Positions 1 through 11,000 of a stretch of DNA of 64,000 nucleotides are shown piece by piece. Each line of letters opens with the position of its first letter. Within the stretch, counting starts at the first letter, position 1. Position numbers and translations under genes: made by a program. Origin of the DNA: Spirochaetia bacterium (GTDB lineage Bacteria; Spirochaetota; Spirochaetia; DSM-2461); NCBI GenBank assembly GCA_963666985.2, contig CAXXIA010000003.1, positions 135,792 to 199,791 of the forward strand, read 5' to 3'. Below the pieces are notes generated by a model, which was not told the origin of the DNA, searched no databases, and worked only from the letters and a program-made list of their open reading frames with translations.

Positions 1-320
1 GCGGAACCGGACATACCGGAAAAAAGAAGACTGGCGAAAATATTCACATGTCCCAATCCGCCGGGAATATGCCCCACCATCGCTTTGGCGAACCTGAAAA
101 TTCGATCGGTGATTCCGGTGGCGTTCATTAAATTTCCGCTGAAAATAAAAAAAGGAACAGCCAGAAGAGTATAGGAATTGACGCCGGCGACAATCCGCTG
201 ACTCGCCAGCATAATTCCTCCGTGAGTCAAGAGATATACAATGCTGACAATAAGAACCGTAAAGGTTATCGGCATTGATGAAATCAGCATTACGATCCAG
301 CTAAAGAAGAAAGACCACAT
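1..320 (-). CDS. dctM: TRAP transporter large permease (DctM/SiaM-like), runs off the left edge
   Basis: Manual translation from ATG at 320: [20 protein letters not shown]...[60 protein letters not shown], which carries typical DctM motifs. It lies directly downstream of dctQ. Confidence 0.93.
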   Translation of the reverse strand, partial: [106 protein letters not shown]

Positions 321-322
321 AA

Positions 323-832
323 CTATTCGTTTCCCTCACTTGTTTTCGACTCGGGGAGAAATTTCATTATGAAAATAAACAGCAGACGAATCAGCATCAG
401 AAAGAAACCGATCGGAACAACGACATACAGATAAGCATTGCTGAACGGCAGAGTCATGGGATACTGCCTGGCCGCAAAAACCATGTTCTTTAAACCGTAT
501 ATTATAAAAACCACACAACACGCCATCATGATGATATCCACGAGGGACAATACGATCTTTTTCAGTTTATACGGCAGTTTTTCAACAAAAATATCGATAC
601 CGATATGTTCTCCGTTATGAATGCAGAGACTCGAACCGAAAAACACGATGTAGACATAAAGCCAGCGGGAGAGCTCTTCGGTCCAAACAGGAGCGTAATC
701 GATATTCATCGCTATGGGTTTTAAACGGAAAAAAATCTGAATAAGAACGGTTAAAAACAGCAAAATAAAACATGCGATTTCAACCGCTTCTTCCAGAATA
801 AGTGTTTTCTTATAGAAACGTACAAACTTCAT
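323..832 (-). CDS. dctQ: TRAP transporter small permease (DctQ)
   Basis: 169 aa with 4 hydrophobic segments, WTEELSRWLYVY and HIGID motifs; located between dctP and dctM. Confidence 0.92.
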   Translation of the reverse strand: MKFVRFYKKTLILEEAVEIACFILLFLTVLIQIFFRLKPIAMNIDYAPVWTEELSRWLYVYIVFFGSSLCIHNGEHIGIDIFVEKLPYKLKKIVLSLVDIIMMACCVVFIIYGLKNMVFAARQYPMTLPFSNAYLYVVVPIGFFLMLIRLLFIFIMKFLPESKTSEGNE

Positions 833-846
833 TTAACAGACCTACT

Positions 847-879
847 AAAAACGCCCGCCTTGCCTAAGCCGGGCGGGCG
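847..879 (-). terminator. Intra-operon GC stem-loop with T-tail after the SBP gene
   Basis: CGCCCGCC(852-859)/GGCGGGCG(872-879) arms, followed on the minus strand by T5. Confidence 0.55.
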
Positions 880-902
880 AATTAAGGATTCGCTAAGGAA
901 TC

Positions 903-1892
903 CTACATCTCTCCGATCTGAGCAATCAGGCCGACAATATTCAATTCTTTCTCAATTTTAGCATAATACGGAGCCATGGCTTTTCTCATGGGTTCCGCGT
1001 CCGGATAGGTAATTTCCAAACCGTTGTCCTGGAAAAATTGAATCAATTCGTTCGACTGTTCGGTAATCAGACGAACGCTTTCCTGTTTCGCGGCATCCGC
1101 GGCTTCTTTCATCCAGCCCTGCTGTTTGGAAGAAAGGGATTCCCAGCGCTTGTTGGAAAGAAGAATCGATTTGTCCTGAACAACATGATTATCGATGGCG
1201 ATCGCCGATTGGGCTTCATAGAACTTCATGGCGTTGATCGTCGGAAGCGGATTTTCCTGAGCGTCCACGCTGTTGGTTTTAAGAGCCAGATAAACTTCCG
1301 CGAACGCGATGGACGTGGGACGGCCTCCCATGGCTTCGGCCCAGTCTTTCAGTCCTCTGGAATTGGGTGTTCGGATTCTCAGTCCTTTATAGTCATCAAT
1401 GCTGTAAAGCGGCTTGTTGGATGATGTCTGACGTGTTCCGAAGAGAGTCTGTCCCAAAACATAAATATTAAAATTCTCTGCCAGTTTCTTTTGGATGCCC
1501 TTGCCCCAATCGCTTTCCAGGATTCGGCCGATATGATCCAAATCCTTAACGACATAGGCCATTTCCAAAACGGAAAGTTCCGGAATCAGCGTGCTGACGC
1601 CGCCTATGGGCTCCATGTACAAATCAAGCTCATTCATGGAAATTTGATTAATCATTTCCTTAGCGTCACCGAGCTGACCGTTGGGGAAAATGTCACAGGT
1701 CATGGAGTCGTCGGAAACGGAAGCCAAGGTTTCCGCGAACTTTACAGCAGCGGCGTATTCGACACTTTCCGTGTTTCCATTCACACCGAATTTGAGCACG
1801 ATCGATTCGGCGGAGTCGCCCTCACCCGCACCTGTTGCAAAAACGGATGCGGCCGCCACGAAACACATTAATACGATAAAAAGACGCTTCAT
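903..1892 (-). CDS. dctP: TRAP substrate-binding protein, SiaP-like (sialic/nonulosonic acid type)
   Basis: Start reassigned to MKRLFIV (AAGGAGG Shine-Dalgarno upstream). Signal peptide; motifs GTRQTSSNKP, GLRIRTPN and AFAEVYLALKTNSVDAQENPL..KFYE resemble SiaP; next to nanA. Confidence 0.88.
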   Translation of the reverse strand: MKRLFIVLMCFVAAASVFATGAGEGDSAESIVLKFGVNGNTESVEYAAAVKFAETLASVSDDSMTCDIFPNGQLGDAKEMINQISMNELDLYMEPIGGVSTLIPELSVLEMAYVVKDLDHIGRILESDWGKGIQKKLAENFNIYVLGQTLFGTRQTSSNKPLYSIDDYKGLRIRTPNSRGLKDWAEAMGGRPTSIAFAEVYLALKTNSVDAQENPLPTINAMKFYEAQSAIAIDNHVVQDKSILLSNKRWESLSSKQQGWMKEAADAAKQESVRLITEQSNELIQFFQDNGLEITYPDAEPMRKAMAPYYAKIEKELNIVGLIAQIGEM

Positions 1893-1963
1893 AAATACTG
1901 CCTCCTTGGGAAATGGATCTTTTTGAATAGAATCCGATCCATAAAAAACGAATAACATAGCCC

Positions 1964-2018
1964 AACTGGCATGTCAACAGAAATATTAGTTGATATTTCA
2001 GTTTATTCACTATAATAT
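1964..2018. promoter_or_regulatory. Divergent promoter region with imperfect inverted repeat (putative GntR operator)
   Basis: AACTGGCATGTCAAC-N10-GTTGATATTTCAGTT. The arms contain TTGACA (minus) and TTGATA (plus, 1990-1995), with TAATAT 17 bp further on (2013-2018). Confidence 0.55.
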
Positions 2019-2024
2019 GACCCC

Positions 2025-2681
2025 ATGTTTCAACATGATCTTTTCTGCTTGGATACGGAAAACGACTCTCAAGATACATTGACGAATGAGGTCTATAAGG
2101 ATCTTCTGAAAAAATTTCTCAACAACGAGATTCTCCCCGGGACCATCCTGGATCGGAAAAATCTTGCCAAAGAAATGGACGTCAGCATCGCCCCTTTAAG
2201 AGAAGCATTGGCCCGATTAACCATGGAAGGCTTTATTGAAACATTACCCCGCCGCGGCACCATCGCGAAAACCTTCAGCCGCAAAGACATTTATGGGAGT
2301 TTGATCCTCCGGGAAGCGATCGAGGTTCAAGCCGTCCGAATGTACTGCGGCAAACCCATCAGGGATCATCTGGAGGCATTAACCGCCGCGGCCAAAGAGG
2401 TCGACGCGCAGGATTATGATATGGCCGATCATTGGAAATGGGACGTTCATCTGCATCTCCAGCTCATCAATCTGACGGACTGCGACGCTCTTGTTTCCGA
2501 GTTCAGAAGAATCATGAAAATCGCGATTTTCTACCACGTCAATACGTTCCTTCCCGTTGACGATCTGAAGGAACGGCTGAGTCATGTCGAACTGATCAAT
2601 ACGTTGAGCGAAGAAAATCCGGATCAAGCGGAAAGCATTATCCGGGATCATTTAAGAAGCGGAAAAAGACATTTTTTCTAG
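2025..2681 (+). CDS. GntR-family transcriptional regulator (FCD domain)
   Basis: N-terminal wHTH (LAKEMDVSIAPLREALARLTMEG..PRRG) and C-terminal FCD-like region with conserved His residues. Confidence 0.92.
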   Translation: MFQHDLFCLDTENDSQDTLTNEVYKDLLKKFLNNEILPGTILDRKNLAKEMDVSIAPLREALARLTMEGFIETLPRRGTIAKTFSRKDIYGSLILREAIEVQAVRMYCGKPIRDHLEALTAAAKEVDAQDYDMADHWKWDVHLHLQLINLTDCDALVSEFRRIMKIAIFYHVNTFLPVDDLKERLSHVELINTLSEENPDQAESIIRDHLRSGKRHFF

Positions 2682-2694
2682 TATGAGGACTTCC

Positions 2695-3570
2695 ATGAAG
2701 AAAGCAATTATTCCGGCGCTGCTGACGCCGTTCAAAAACCGAAAAATCGATGAAGATGCCTTAAGGGCCTTGGTGGAGTACAGCATCCGAAAAGGCGTTT
2801 CCGGGTTTTACGTTTGCGGAAGCACCGGCGAAGCGTTCATGCTGAGGGCGGACGACCGCAAGCATATTGTGGAAATCGTCGCGGATCAGGTCAAAAAACG
2901 CGTCGACATCATCGTTCAGATCGGTTCCATCGGGACCGATCTGGCCGTCGATTTGGGCAGACACGCCCTTGGGGTGGAAGGAGTGAGCGGCCTTTCGTCC
3001 ATCCCTCCTTATTATTACAAATTCACCGGAGAGGAGATTCTCCACTATTACCTGGATTTGGCCGAGGAACTGGGAACACCGATGATTCCCTACAATTTCC
3101 CCCGCCTCTCGGGGGTTACGCTCACGCCGGATTTCATCAGCAAGCTGATTGAAGAAAAGGCCATTGCGGGACTGAAGTTCACCTCGGAAAATTTCTATGA
3201 TTTGGAAAAAATCAAACTCAGCTACCCGGATCTGACGGTTTATAACGGACTCGATGAAATGTATATTTCGGGACTGGCCATGGGCGCGGACGGCGCCATC
3301 GGAAGCACGTTCAATTTCATGGCGGATAAATTCATCCGGATATCGGATTTCTTTGAAGAAGGCCGCATTGAAGAAGCCCGCCGGCTTCAGAGCGAAGCGA
3401 ACCAGGTTATCGAAGCTTTATTCGGGGTTCGCTGTTTCATGGCGGCGCAGAAATACATGCTGGATCTTATCGGTATTCCCTTCGGAGATCCGCAAAGGCC
3501 TTTTATGCCGCTGAACGGCGAAGAAAAATCCTTCCTGAAGAAACGATGCGAATCATTATTGGCACGGTAA
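2695..3570 (+). CDS. nanA: N-acetylneuraminate lyase (DapA/NanA family)
   Basis: GSTGE, PYN, Schiff-base Lys in LKFTS, GLDE and GAIGSTFN, all NanA-type motifs. An alternative start at 2683 is possible. Confidence 0.82.
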   Translation: MKKAIIPALLTPFKNRKIDEDALRALVEYSIRKGVSGFYVCGSTGEAFMLRADDRKHIVEIVADQVKKRVDIIVQIGSIGTDLAVDLGRHALGVEGVSGLSSIPPYYYKFTGEEILHYYLDLAEELGTPMIPYNFPRLSGVTLTPDFISKLIEEKAIAGLKFTSENFYDLEKIKLSYPDLTVYNGLDEMYISGLAMGADGAIGSTFNFMADKFIRISDFFEEGRIEEARRLQSEANQVIEALFGVRCFMAAQKYMLDLIGIPFGDPQRPFMPLNGEEKSFLKKRCESLLAR

Positions 3571-3577
3571 TCGGCTC

Positions 3578-4387
3578 ATGAAACGCATCATCGATCGATT
3601 TTCCCTCGACGGAAAAACAGCCTTTGTTACCGGAGCGGCGGCCTGGCTGGGATGGGATGCCGCCTGCGTCCTGGCCGAAGCGGGATGTGATGTTGCACTT
3701 TCATCCAGAAACCTTGAAAAAGCCCAAGAGGCGAGTGTTCGTCTTCAAAAACTCTTTCCTAAGATTCGAACCCTCGGAGTGGAGCTGGATCATGGAAGCG
3801 CCGATTCGGTGGAACGGGCGTTCGGCCGGGTGATGGATTGGAACGGCCGGCTCGACATACTCGTGAACAATGCCGGCGGAGGTTCGGGCGGCAGTCCCGG
3901 CGACATCGGGAAGCGATCGACCCAAGACGTGGATGCGATGATTCAGTCGAATCTTACAGGCGTTCTTTACTGCTGCCGCAGCGCGGCGAACCTTATGGTT
4001 CCCCGGGAAACCGGCGTTATCATCAGCATCGCTTCCATGGCGGGCCTCATCGGACGTGACAGACGGATGTATCGGCGAAGCGGTATGAACGCTCAGCCCG
4101 TGGATTACGCGGCCGCGAAAGCGGGCATCATCGGCATGACGAGAGATCTCGCGGCGTCTTTGGGGGCCTATGGAATTCGCGTAAATTCCATATCTCCGGG
4201 AGGATTCGACAAAGGAGTTCTGCCGCAGCGATTTGTCGACGAATACGCCGATTCTTCGATGCTCGGACGATGGGGAAAGTTCGAAAGCGATATCGGCGGA
4301 CCGATACTCTTTCTCGCTTCGGATGCCTCATCCTATGTCACCGGACATAACTTGGTCGTCGACGGCGGATTTTCTCTCTTTAAATAG
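3578..4387 (+). CDS. SDR-family NAD(P)-dependent oxidoreductase
   Basis: VTGAAAWLG, LVNNAG, YAAAK catalytic motif, RVNSISPGG, YVTGHNLVVDGG. Confidence 0.93.
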   Translation: MKRIIDRFSLDGKTAFVTGAAAWLGWDAACVLAEAGCDVALSSRNLEKAQEASVRLQKLFPKIRTLGVELDHGSADSVERAFGRVMDWNGRLDILVNNAGGGSGGSPGDIGKRSTQDVDAMIQSNLTGVLYCCRSAANLMVPRETGVIISIASMAGLIGRDRRMYRRSGMNAQPVDYAAAKAGIIGMTRDLAASLGAYGIRVNSISPGGFDKGVLPQRFVDEYADSSMLGRWGKFESDIGGPILFLASDASSYVTGHNLVVDGGFSLFK

Positions 4388-4440
4388 GAATGGCCCATTG
4401 AGAGCATTCTCGATAAATGCCGGCAAAGGGGAAACAAGTT

Positions 4441-5370
4441 ATGAAGCCGCTGAAAGCATCGGAAATCAAAGGTAATTGGGCGACACTGATCACGTCTTGG
4501 AATCCTGATAACTCCCTGGATCTTACACGTCTGGGGAAAGAAATCGACATTCTCATCGGAATGAACGTGGACGGAATCTATTCCAACGGAACCACCGGTG
4601 AATTCCATACACAGACAGAATCGGAATTTGATGCCATCTCGGCTCTTCTGGCCGATAAATGCAATGCGGCCTCCATGCCGTTCCAAATCGGCGTGAGCCA
4701 TATGTCGGCGCAAATTTCCCTTGATCGACTGCGGCGAATCCTGCCCCTCTCCCCGAGCGCCGTTCAGGTGATTCTTCCGGATTGGTTTCCCGTAACCGAT
4801 GAAGAGGCTCTTGTCTTTCTTCAGAAAATGGAAGAAACGGCCGAAGGAATCGGACTGGTTCTCTACAATCCTCCTCATGCCAAACGCGTGCTTTGCCCTC
4901 AAACCATAGGCCGATTGGCCGATAAAGTCCCAACTCTGGTAGGACTCAAAACCGCCGGAGGAGATGAAGATTGGTTTAAAGAAATGAGAACGTTCATACC
5001 CAATCTCAGCGTTTTCGTGCCGGGTCATCTTTTGGCATCGGGAATCGGACAGGGCGCTTCGGGGGCCTACTCCAATGTTGCCTGCCTCCACCCGAAGGCC
5101 GCTCAGGAATGGACCGATCTCATGGCCGATGATATGGAGAAGGCCTTGGAACAGGAAAAGCGGCTGCGGTATTTCATGGATACATACATCGTTCCATTCA
5201 TAACCGAGCACAAGTACTGCAATTCCGCCTGCGACAGGCTGCTTGCCATGATTGGAGGATGGGCGGATGTCGGCGAAAACATGCGCTGGCCCTATCGTTC
5301 CATACCGGCATCCGAAGCATCCCGGCTGCGGCCCGTCGCGCGAGAAATTTTACCGGAATTTATTCTATAG
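4441..5370 (+). CDS. Second DapA/NanA-superfamily aldolase, specificity unknown
   Basis: GTTGEF, LYNPP and GLKTAG; lacks the NanA GxDE and GSTxN motifs. Confidence 0.82.
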   Translation: MKPLKASEIKGNWATLITSWNPDNSLDLTRLGKEIDILIGMNVDGIYSNGTTGEFHTQTESEFDAISALLADKCNAASMPFQIGVSHMSAQISLDRLRRILPLSPSAVQVILPDWFPVTDEEALVFLQKMEETAEGIGLVLYNPPHAKRVLCPQTIGRLADKVPTLVGLKTAGGDEDWFKEMRTFIPNLSVFVPGHLLASGIGQGASGAYSNVACLHPKAAQEWTDLMADDMEKALEQEKRLRYFMDTYIVPFITEHKYCNSACDRLLAMIGGWADVGENMRWPYRSIPASEASRLRPVAREILPEFIL

Positions 5371-6454
5371 GAAGCATCAGAACACACACAGGCGATCCGG
5401 TTTCCAATCGGGCTTCCCACCCGTCTGAAGGAAGTCCGGTTGCAGGATCGAAACGTCTGCAGGTGATTTCATGGGAATCCTGATTCGCGATGAATAAAAG
5501 GCTCCCGTCGGGTGAAAACTCGATGTCGCGGGGCGTTTTGCCGCGGCAGGAAAAGCGCTCGGCAAGGGAGAGATTGACCGGAGAAACAGTGCCGCCGCCG
5601 GCCTTCGTGCCGCTTCTCTCGATAGAAAACACGGCGATTGTATCGCTGAAGCGGTTGGAAACGGCGACGGTTTTCCCGGAAGGATGAACCTTCACCGCCG
5701 CCGGTGCCGCCCTATCCGCGGTATCGGCGGCTTCCGTGTTTTCTTCCCGGACGACGGCAAGATTTCCGGTTTCGGGATCGATAAGTGCGGCCAGAAGCTT
5801 CGGCTGAAGCTCACACAGCAGATAAACAACCGGAAGAAAAGGATCAAAGGCCAGATGACGCGGACCGTATCCTCCGGGAACGTTCAGGGCGATTTCCGGA
5901 TCACTCCGATCGTCACCGGGACGATGGCGCCATACGATATCGCTTCCGAGATCAACAACATACAAGACATCGCCGTAGGGGCTTTTAAGGACTTGGTGTG
6001 CATGAGGCGCGCCTTGACGTTCGGTATTCGGGCCGCTTCCCTCATAAAGCCGATCCATTCTGACGCGTCCGAGCCGTCCTTCATCCAGTCCGTAACCGGT
6101 GAGCCGTCCGTCGGAATAGGAAGCCGCGTATAACCGTCTGGCCTCCGGAACAGCCGTCAGATGACAGCCGGAGCGTCCGGGACCTTTTCGGCGGCAGCGC
6201 CGTCTGAGATGCCAGTCTTCACCTACGGTAAACTCCACTACGGCACCATGCCTGTTTTCCATTTCGGAAACGGCATACAGTCTCCGCCGATCAGGCAGCC
6301 ATTCAAGATAAGACGGATTACGGATGTCGGAGTATGTATTCAGAACGGTAAAGCGTCCTGATTGATCTCTTTCGACAATAAGGATGCCCGCCCCTTGGGC
6401 ATCGATATCCGGAGATTTGTGATGGGTGTATGTCCCGACGGCGAAACGAAGCAT
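5360..6454 (-). CDS. pgl: Lactonase family beta-propeller (6-phosphogluconolactonase-like)
   Basis: VGTYT, NPSYL, RQGAPHAHQ, DLGSD, GPRH and GKTPRD motifs; start placed at MLRFAVGTYT. Confidence 0.85.
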   Translation of the reverse strand: MLRFAVGTYTHHKSPDIDAQGAGILIVERDQSGRFTVLNTYSDIRNPSYLEWLPDRRRLYAVSEMENRHGAVVEFTVGEDWHLRRRCRRKGPGRSGCHLTAVPEARRLYAASYSDGRLTGYGLDEGRLGRVRMDRLYEGSGPNTERQGAPHAHQVLKSPYGDVLYVVDLGSDIVWRHRPGDDRSDPEIALNVPGGYGPRHLAFDPFLPVVYLLCELQPKLLAALIDPETGNLAVVREENTEAADTADRAAPAAVKVHPSGKTVAVSNRFSDTIAVFSIERSGTKAGGGTVSPVNLSLAERFSCRGKTPRDIEFSPDGSLLFIANQDSHEITCRRFDPATGLPSDGWEARLETGSPVCVLMLPIE

Positions 6455-6567
6455 AATCGGAGGGTACCATGCATCCGAAGAGGACTGTAAGGAGGCCGGA
6501 TGTGATGCCGACTCCTTTTCGCCGCCATATCTCACCTCACCTCTTCGGTACGGAAGTTCCGCGTGAA

Positions 6568-7881
6568 TCAGTCCAGAATGAGAATTTCAACGCGGCGATC
6601 TTTCGCATCGGTTCCCGTCGGGATTTCGGACCCCACCCCGCGGATATAAAGCTTTCCGGAACCCGATCGTCCGGCGGGGAACAAAGCTTCGGCGGCGGCG
6701 GCGGCCCGCCGGCGGGACAGATCCCTTCGGCCTTCGGCGCTCCCGTAATGGGCGGTATGACCCGTGATGAGAATATCGCGGTCGGCATAATCGGCCAGAC
6801 GATTGCCGAGAATTTCAAGATACGCCCGGGCGGATTTTGAGATTTCCGCCGATTCCGGATCGAAATAGATGTTTTGCGCATCATCAAGAATGAGGCGCAC
6901 ACCTTCGCCGATCACCTCCACGTCCATACCCGGGATTTCTGCGAATTCCTTCCGAAAATCATCGGCAACACGCTCCCTCTCCAGAACAGGGATTCTCCGG
7001 TATTCGATTTCCTGACGCCCTCGGAATTCCCGGCTGTATCCGTCGCTCAAGAGCAGAAAGAACTCGAAATCCTCAACTCTTGAAACGGGAATGCCGTTTT
7101 CGATGTCCCAAAGCAGATGATGAACGGATCGCCCCGAAAGCATTCGAATCGGCTCACCGGGCTCCCGAACGGGTAAATGGATGTCGTACTCAATGCGGAT
7201 TCGAGCCAGATCCCTGCCCTCCGACTCGATCCGTTCCAGATAGGTATACACGGCGTTAAAATCCGCGCGATACGGTCCGGCAAGAACATCGCCGAAGCGG
7301 AAAAGATGAACTTCAGCGGCTTTTTGATTCCATGAATCGCCGGGGGCCACAGGATCATCCGGAAAAACAGGGATATCACGGAACACCGGCCGCGCCGCGT
7401 TTTCAGGGATTTCCAAACGGCCCCGTACATCACGGGTTATCAAAACCTTCTCTTCACTCACCCACTCCACATACCACGGTGCTCCGGCTATACGCTCCTC
7501 GGTTCGGAAGACGCTTTCCAGGCTCGCCGTTCCATCTTCGTCCACGAATTTCGTAACGCTCACCGACGATTCGGTTATTTCCGCGTCATGATAATAAAGG
7601 CCGTCGGCATAAACCGACTCCATCACCCGTGCATCGGCATGAAGAACTTCTCCGGGACGGTGGATGAATCGTAACAGCGCGGCATCGGAGGAATGAACGG
7701 TTCCGGAGGAGGAACCGGAGGCCGTTTCGTTCTTGATTTCCGTACCGACATCCGCGGAAAGGCCCTCTTCTGTAAATACAGGAGGGCAAACGGCTGAGAA
7801 TACCACGATGAAGAAGATGGCCGGGAAGACATTGGCGGCCGATAAACGGTATTCGGGGATATCGAAGAAAAAACGTCTCAT
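6568..7881 (-). CDS. OmpA-C domain envelope protein
   Basis: N-terminal hydrophobic segment; C-terminal IYFDPESAEI...ILITGHTA...LSRRRA...DRRVEILI peptidoglycan-binding motif. Confidence 0.85.
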   Translation of the reverse strand: MRRFFFDIPEYRLSAANVFPAIFFIVVFSAVCPPVFTEEGLSADVGTEIKNETASGSSSGTVHSSDAALLRFIHRPGEVLHADARVMESVYADGLYYHDAEITESSVSVTKFVDEDGTASLESVFRTEERIAGAPWYVEWVSEEKVLITRDVRGRLEIPENAARPVFRDIPVFPDDPVAPGDSWNQKAAEVHLFRFGDVLAGPYRADFNAVYTYLERIESEGRDLARIRIEYDIHLPVREPGEPIRMLSGRSVHHLLWDIENGIPVSRVEDFEFFLLLSDGYSREFRGRQEIEYRRIPVLERERVADDFRKEFAEIPGMDVEVIGEGVRLILDDAQNIYFDPESAEISKSARAYLEILGNRLADYADRDILITGHTAHYGSAEGRRDLSRRRAAAAAEALFPAGRSGSGKLYIRGVGSEIPTGTDAKDRRVEILILD

Positions 7882-8077
7882 GCCCGTATCATCGGCGTAA
7901 ATGTGTTTCCGGAGTAGACGGAATATCGAGAAACTCGTGAGGTTCCCGAATCTCACAAAGCCTCCCCGCCTCCGCCCCGGTGTATTTCCTCCGATGAAAA
8001 AGACTTAAAATATTCGCTCCGCATCTCTCATGAAGAGACTCTGGCGCCCGGCCGCGTCCGCCGTTACTCTAAAGGCT

Positions 8078-11000
8078 ATGAATCTTCCGCTCTCCGAACC
8101 GACAAAGGACTGGTTTCTCCGCCGCTACGGCAGACCGACGGCCGTTCAAATCGGTGCGTGGAAAGCATCTTCGGCCCAAGATCATCTTCTCGCCGTGGCT
8201 CCTACCGGAAGCGGAAAAACCTTTGCCGCGTTTCTGACGGCCCTGGACGGTTTTTATTCGGGAAAAATCGCTCCCGGCGCACTCCGTGTTCTCTACATCT
8301 CGCCGCTAAAAGCATTGGGAACCGACATCAAGGAAAACCTGACCGGCCCCTTAAGGGAATTAAGGAAAGTGCACGATGAGAAGGGTACCAAGGCACCTGA
8401 AATCCGTATCGGCATCCGAAACGGCGACACGACTCCCTCCGAAAGACGGCGTCAAATCGCAGAGCCGCCCGAGATACTCATCACCACGCCCGAAAGCCTG
8501 AACATCCTTCTTCTCTCGGACGGCGGCCGCAGGATTCTCTCCACCGTTGAAATCTGCATCCTTGATGAAATCCATGCCGTGGCTCCCACCGGACGCGGAA
8601 CGCTTTTGGCCTGCGCCTTGGAGCGATTGGCCGATCTCGCGGGGGAATTCCAGCGCATCGGACTCACCGCCACGGTCCGGCCCTTGGAAAGAGCGGCTGA
8701 ATTTCTGGGCGGATTCATGCCTTCGGATTCCGCCGGATCCACCCTCATCCCGCGCCCGGTCACCATCGTGGCCCCTCCTTCCGAGAAAAAAATCCTTATC
8801 TCCGTGGAACCCCTCCCCGCGCCGCCCCCCGACGCCGATCATCCGGACCCCGAAGGATTCTGGAAAGACATCGCCCGGCGGGTACGCCAATCGGTCAAAG
8901 AACACCGCTCCACCCTGGCCTTTCTGGACAGCCGCAAATGGGCCGAAAAAACGGCCTGCCTCATCAACGAAGGCGAAGAAGAAATTCTTGCCTGGGCCCA
9001 TCACGGCTCCCTTTCCAAAGACATGAGGCGGCTGGTGGAAACCCGTCTTAAAAAAGGCGAACTGAAAGCCGTCGTGGCCACCGGCTCTCTGGAACTGGGC
9101 ATCGACATCGGTCCTTTGGATGAAGTCCTGATGCTCGGATCACCCGCATCTCCATCGGCCGCTCTGCAGAGGGCCGGCCGAGCCGGACACAGGCCGGAAT
9201 CTCCCAGCAGAGCCCGCATTTTTCCGGTAACCCCATCGGATCTTCTGGCTTCGGCCGTACTTTCCAAAATGTCGGAAAACGGAGAAATCGAAGCACTCCG
9301 CATCCCGGAAAATCCTCTGGACCTTTTGGCGCAGGTTCTCCTTACCCTCTGCGCCGAAAAAGGCCGCACCGCCGAAGAACTTTGGAATCTGATCCGCCGC
9401 TCTTGGCCCTTCCGAAATCTCCCGCGAAAATCCTTCGACTCGGTCCTGACCATGATCATGGGCCGCTACGCGGAAACACGAATCGCAACCCTCAGACCGC
9501 AAATCTACAAAGACGGAGAACTGCTTGTCGCCCGTCCCGGAACGCGCATGCGCCTTTATTCGGGCGGCGGCGCCATTCCCGATTTGGGTCTGTTCGCGGT
9601 AAAAGCCCGCGGCATCGAAGGAACCATAGGATCGCTGGATGAAAAATTCGTCTGGGAATCCCGAACCGGCATGGTCTTCCACATGGGAAACCGCCGATGG
9701 CGCATCGTCGAAATCAACGACAGGGAAGTTCAGGTGATCCCTACGGACGAAGCAATAAGCACCGATCCGTTCTGGAGGGCCGAAGCACGCGATCGCGACG
9801 AGGACTATTCCCGCCGCGTCGCCGAACTTCTCGAAACCGCCGAAGAGCTCCTCGCCGCAGAAGGGCAGTCAGAACCGGATGTCTCCTCCTCGGATCCTTT
9901 GACAGCCTTGCTGCAAACCGACTGGAACCTCAGCGACAAGGCGGCCTTTCAGCTCGCGGACTACCTGGAAAATCAAAGACGCAAAAGTGGAGTCCCCCTC
10001 CCCCACCGGCGCCACATCGTCGCCGAGTCCGCGGCCGCCCCGGAAACCGGAGCCGATCCGGAAGCCAGGATTCTCTTTCTCCACACATTCCTCGGCGGCC
10101 GCGTCAACAGGCCTCTTTCCCTGGCCCTGCAGGCCGCCTGGGAGAAACAATCACCCATCCCCGTTTATCCGATCGTCACAGACGAAGTTATCGCGTTCAG
10201 CCTGACAGACCGTGACATCGAGTCCTTCGTCTCCCTGTTTTACGGCCTTTCCGATCCGGAAACGCTTATCCGGCGCGTACTGGAAGCCACCCCCTTTTTC
10301 GGCGGCCGTTTCCGGGAAGCGGCCGGCCGGGCCATGCTTCTGCCCGCCTCAACGCCCAGTCGGCGCCGGCCCCTGTGGATAACCCGCCAGAGATCCCGCA
10401 TGCTCATGGAAGCCGTCCTGCCGTATCCTGATTTTCCCATCCTTGCCGAAGCTTGGCGATGCACATTGAACGACATGTTCGCCATGGATGCTCTTGAGGA
10501 TGTCCTTGAAGGAATCCGAAGCGGCGACATTCGCATCAGCATTATAAGAACCGCCGCACCTTCACCGTTCGCACGGAACGCCGTCCGCCGACGGGAAGCG
10601 GTTCGCATGACTTCGAACATGCAGGATCAATCCGACGCCCGCCTCATCAGCCGCCTGGACGACGGAGAAATCCGCCGACTAAAGAAAGCGGGGATCCTGA
10701 AGCCGAACATTCCGGAGAATCTCATCCGCCGGCTCGACGGACGAAGACGCCGTCTGGAAGAAGGATTGGCGCCCGGATCGGTTGAAGCGCTGAAGGCATG
10801 GATCGCCGAACGGGAGGCTTTCGACGCGGCCGACTGGGAACAAACCGTCGCGGCGGCGTCTCGGGATTCGGGGCTGAACGCGGCGGATTTGGAAAAAGCC
10901 GTGAAGAAGGCCGTTGTAAAAACACGGCTGGGCCCCGGCAAAAAGCCTTGGGTTATCGCCGCGGACCGCGCGGAAGAATGGGAAGCGGCCTTCGCCGAAC

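Noticed and set aside
4333..5211. 292-aa minus-strand ORF
   Set aside because: Antisense to the DapA-family gene, which has clear motifs.
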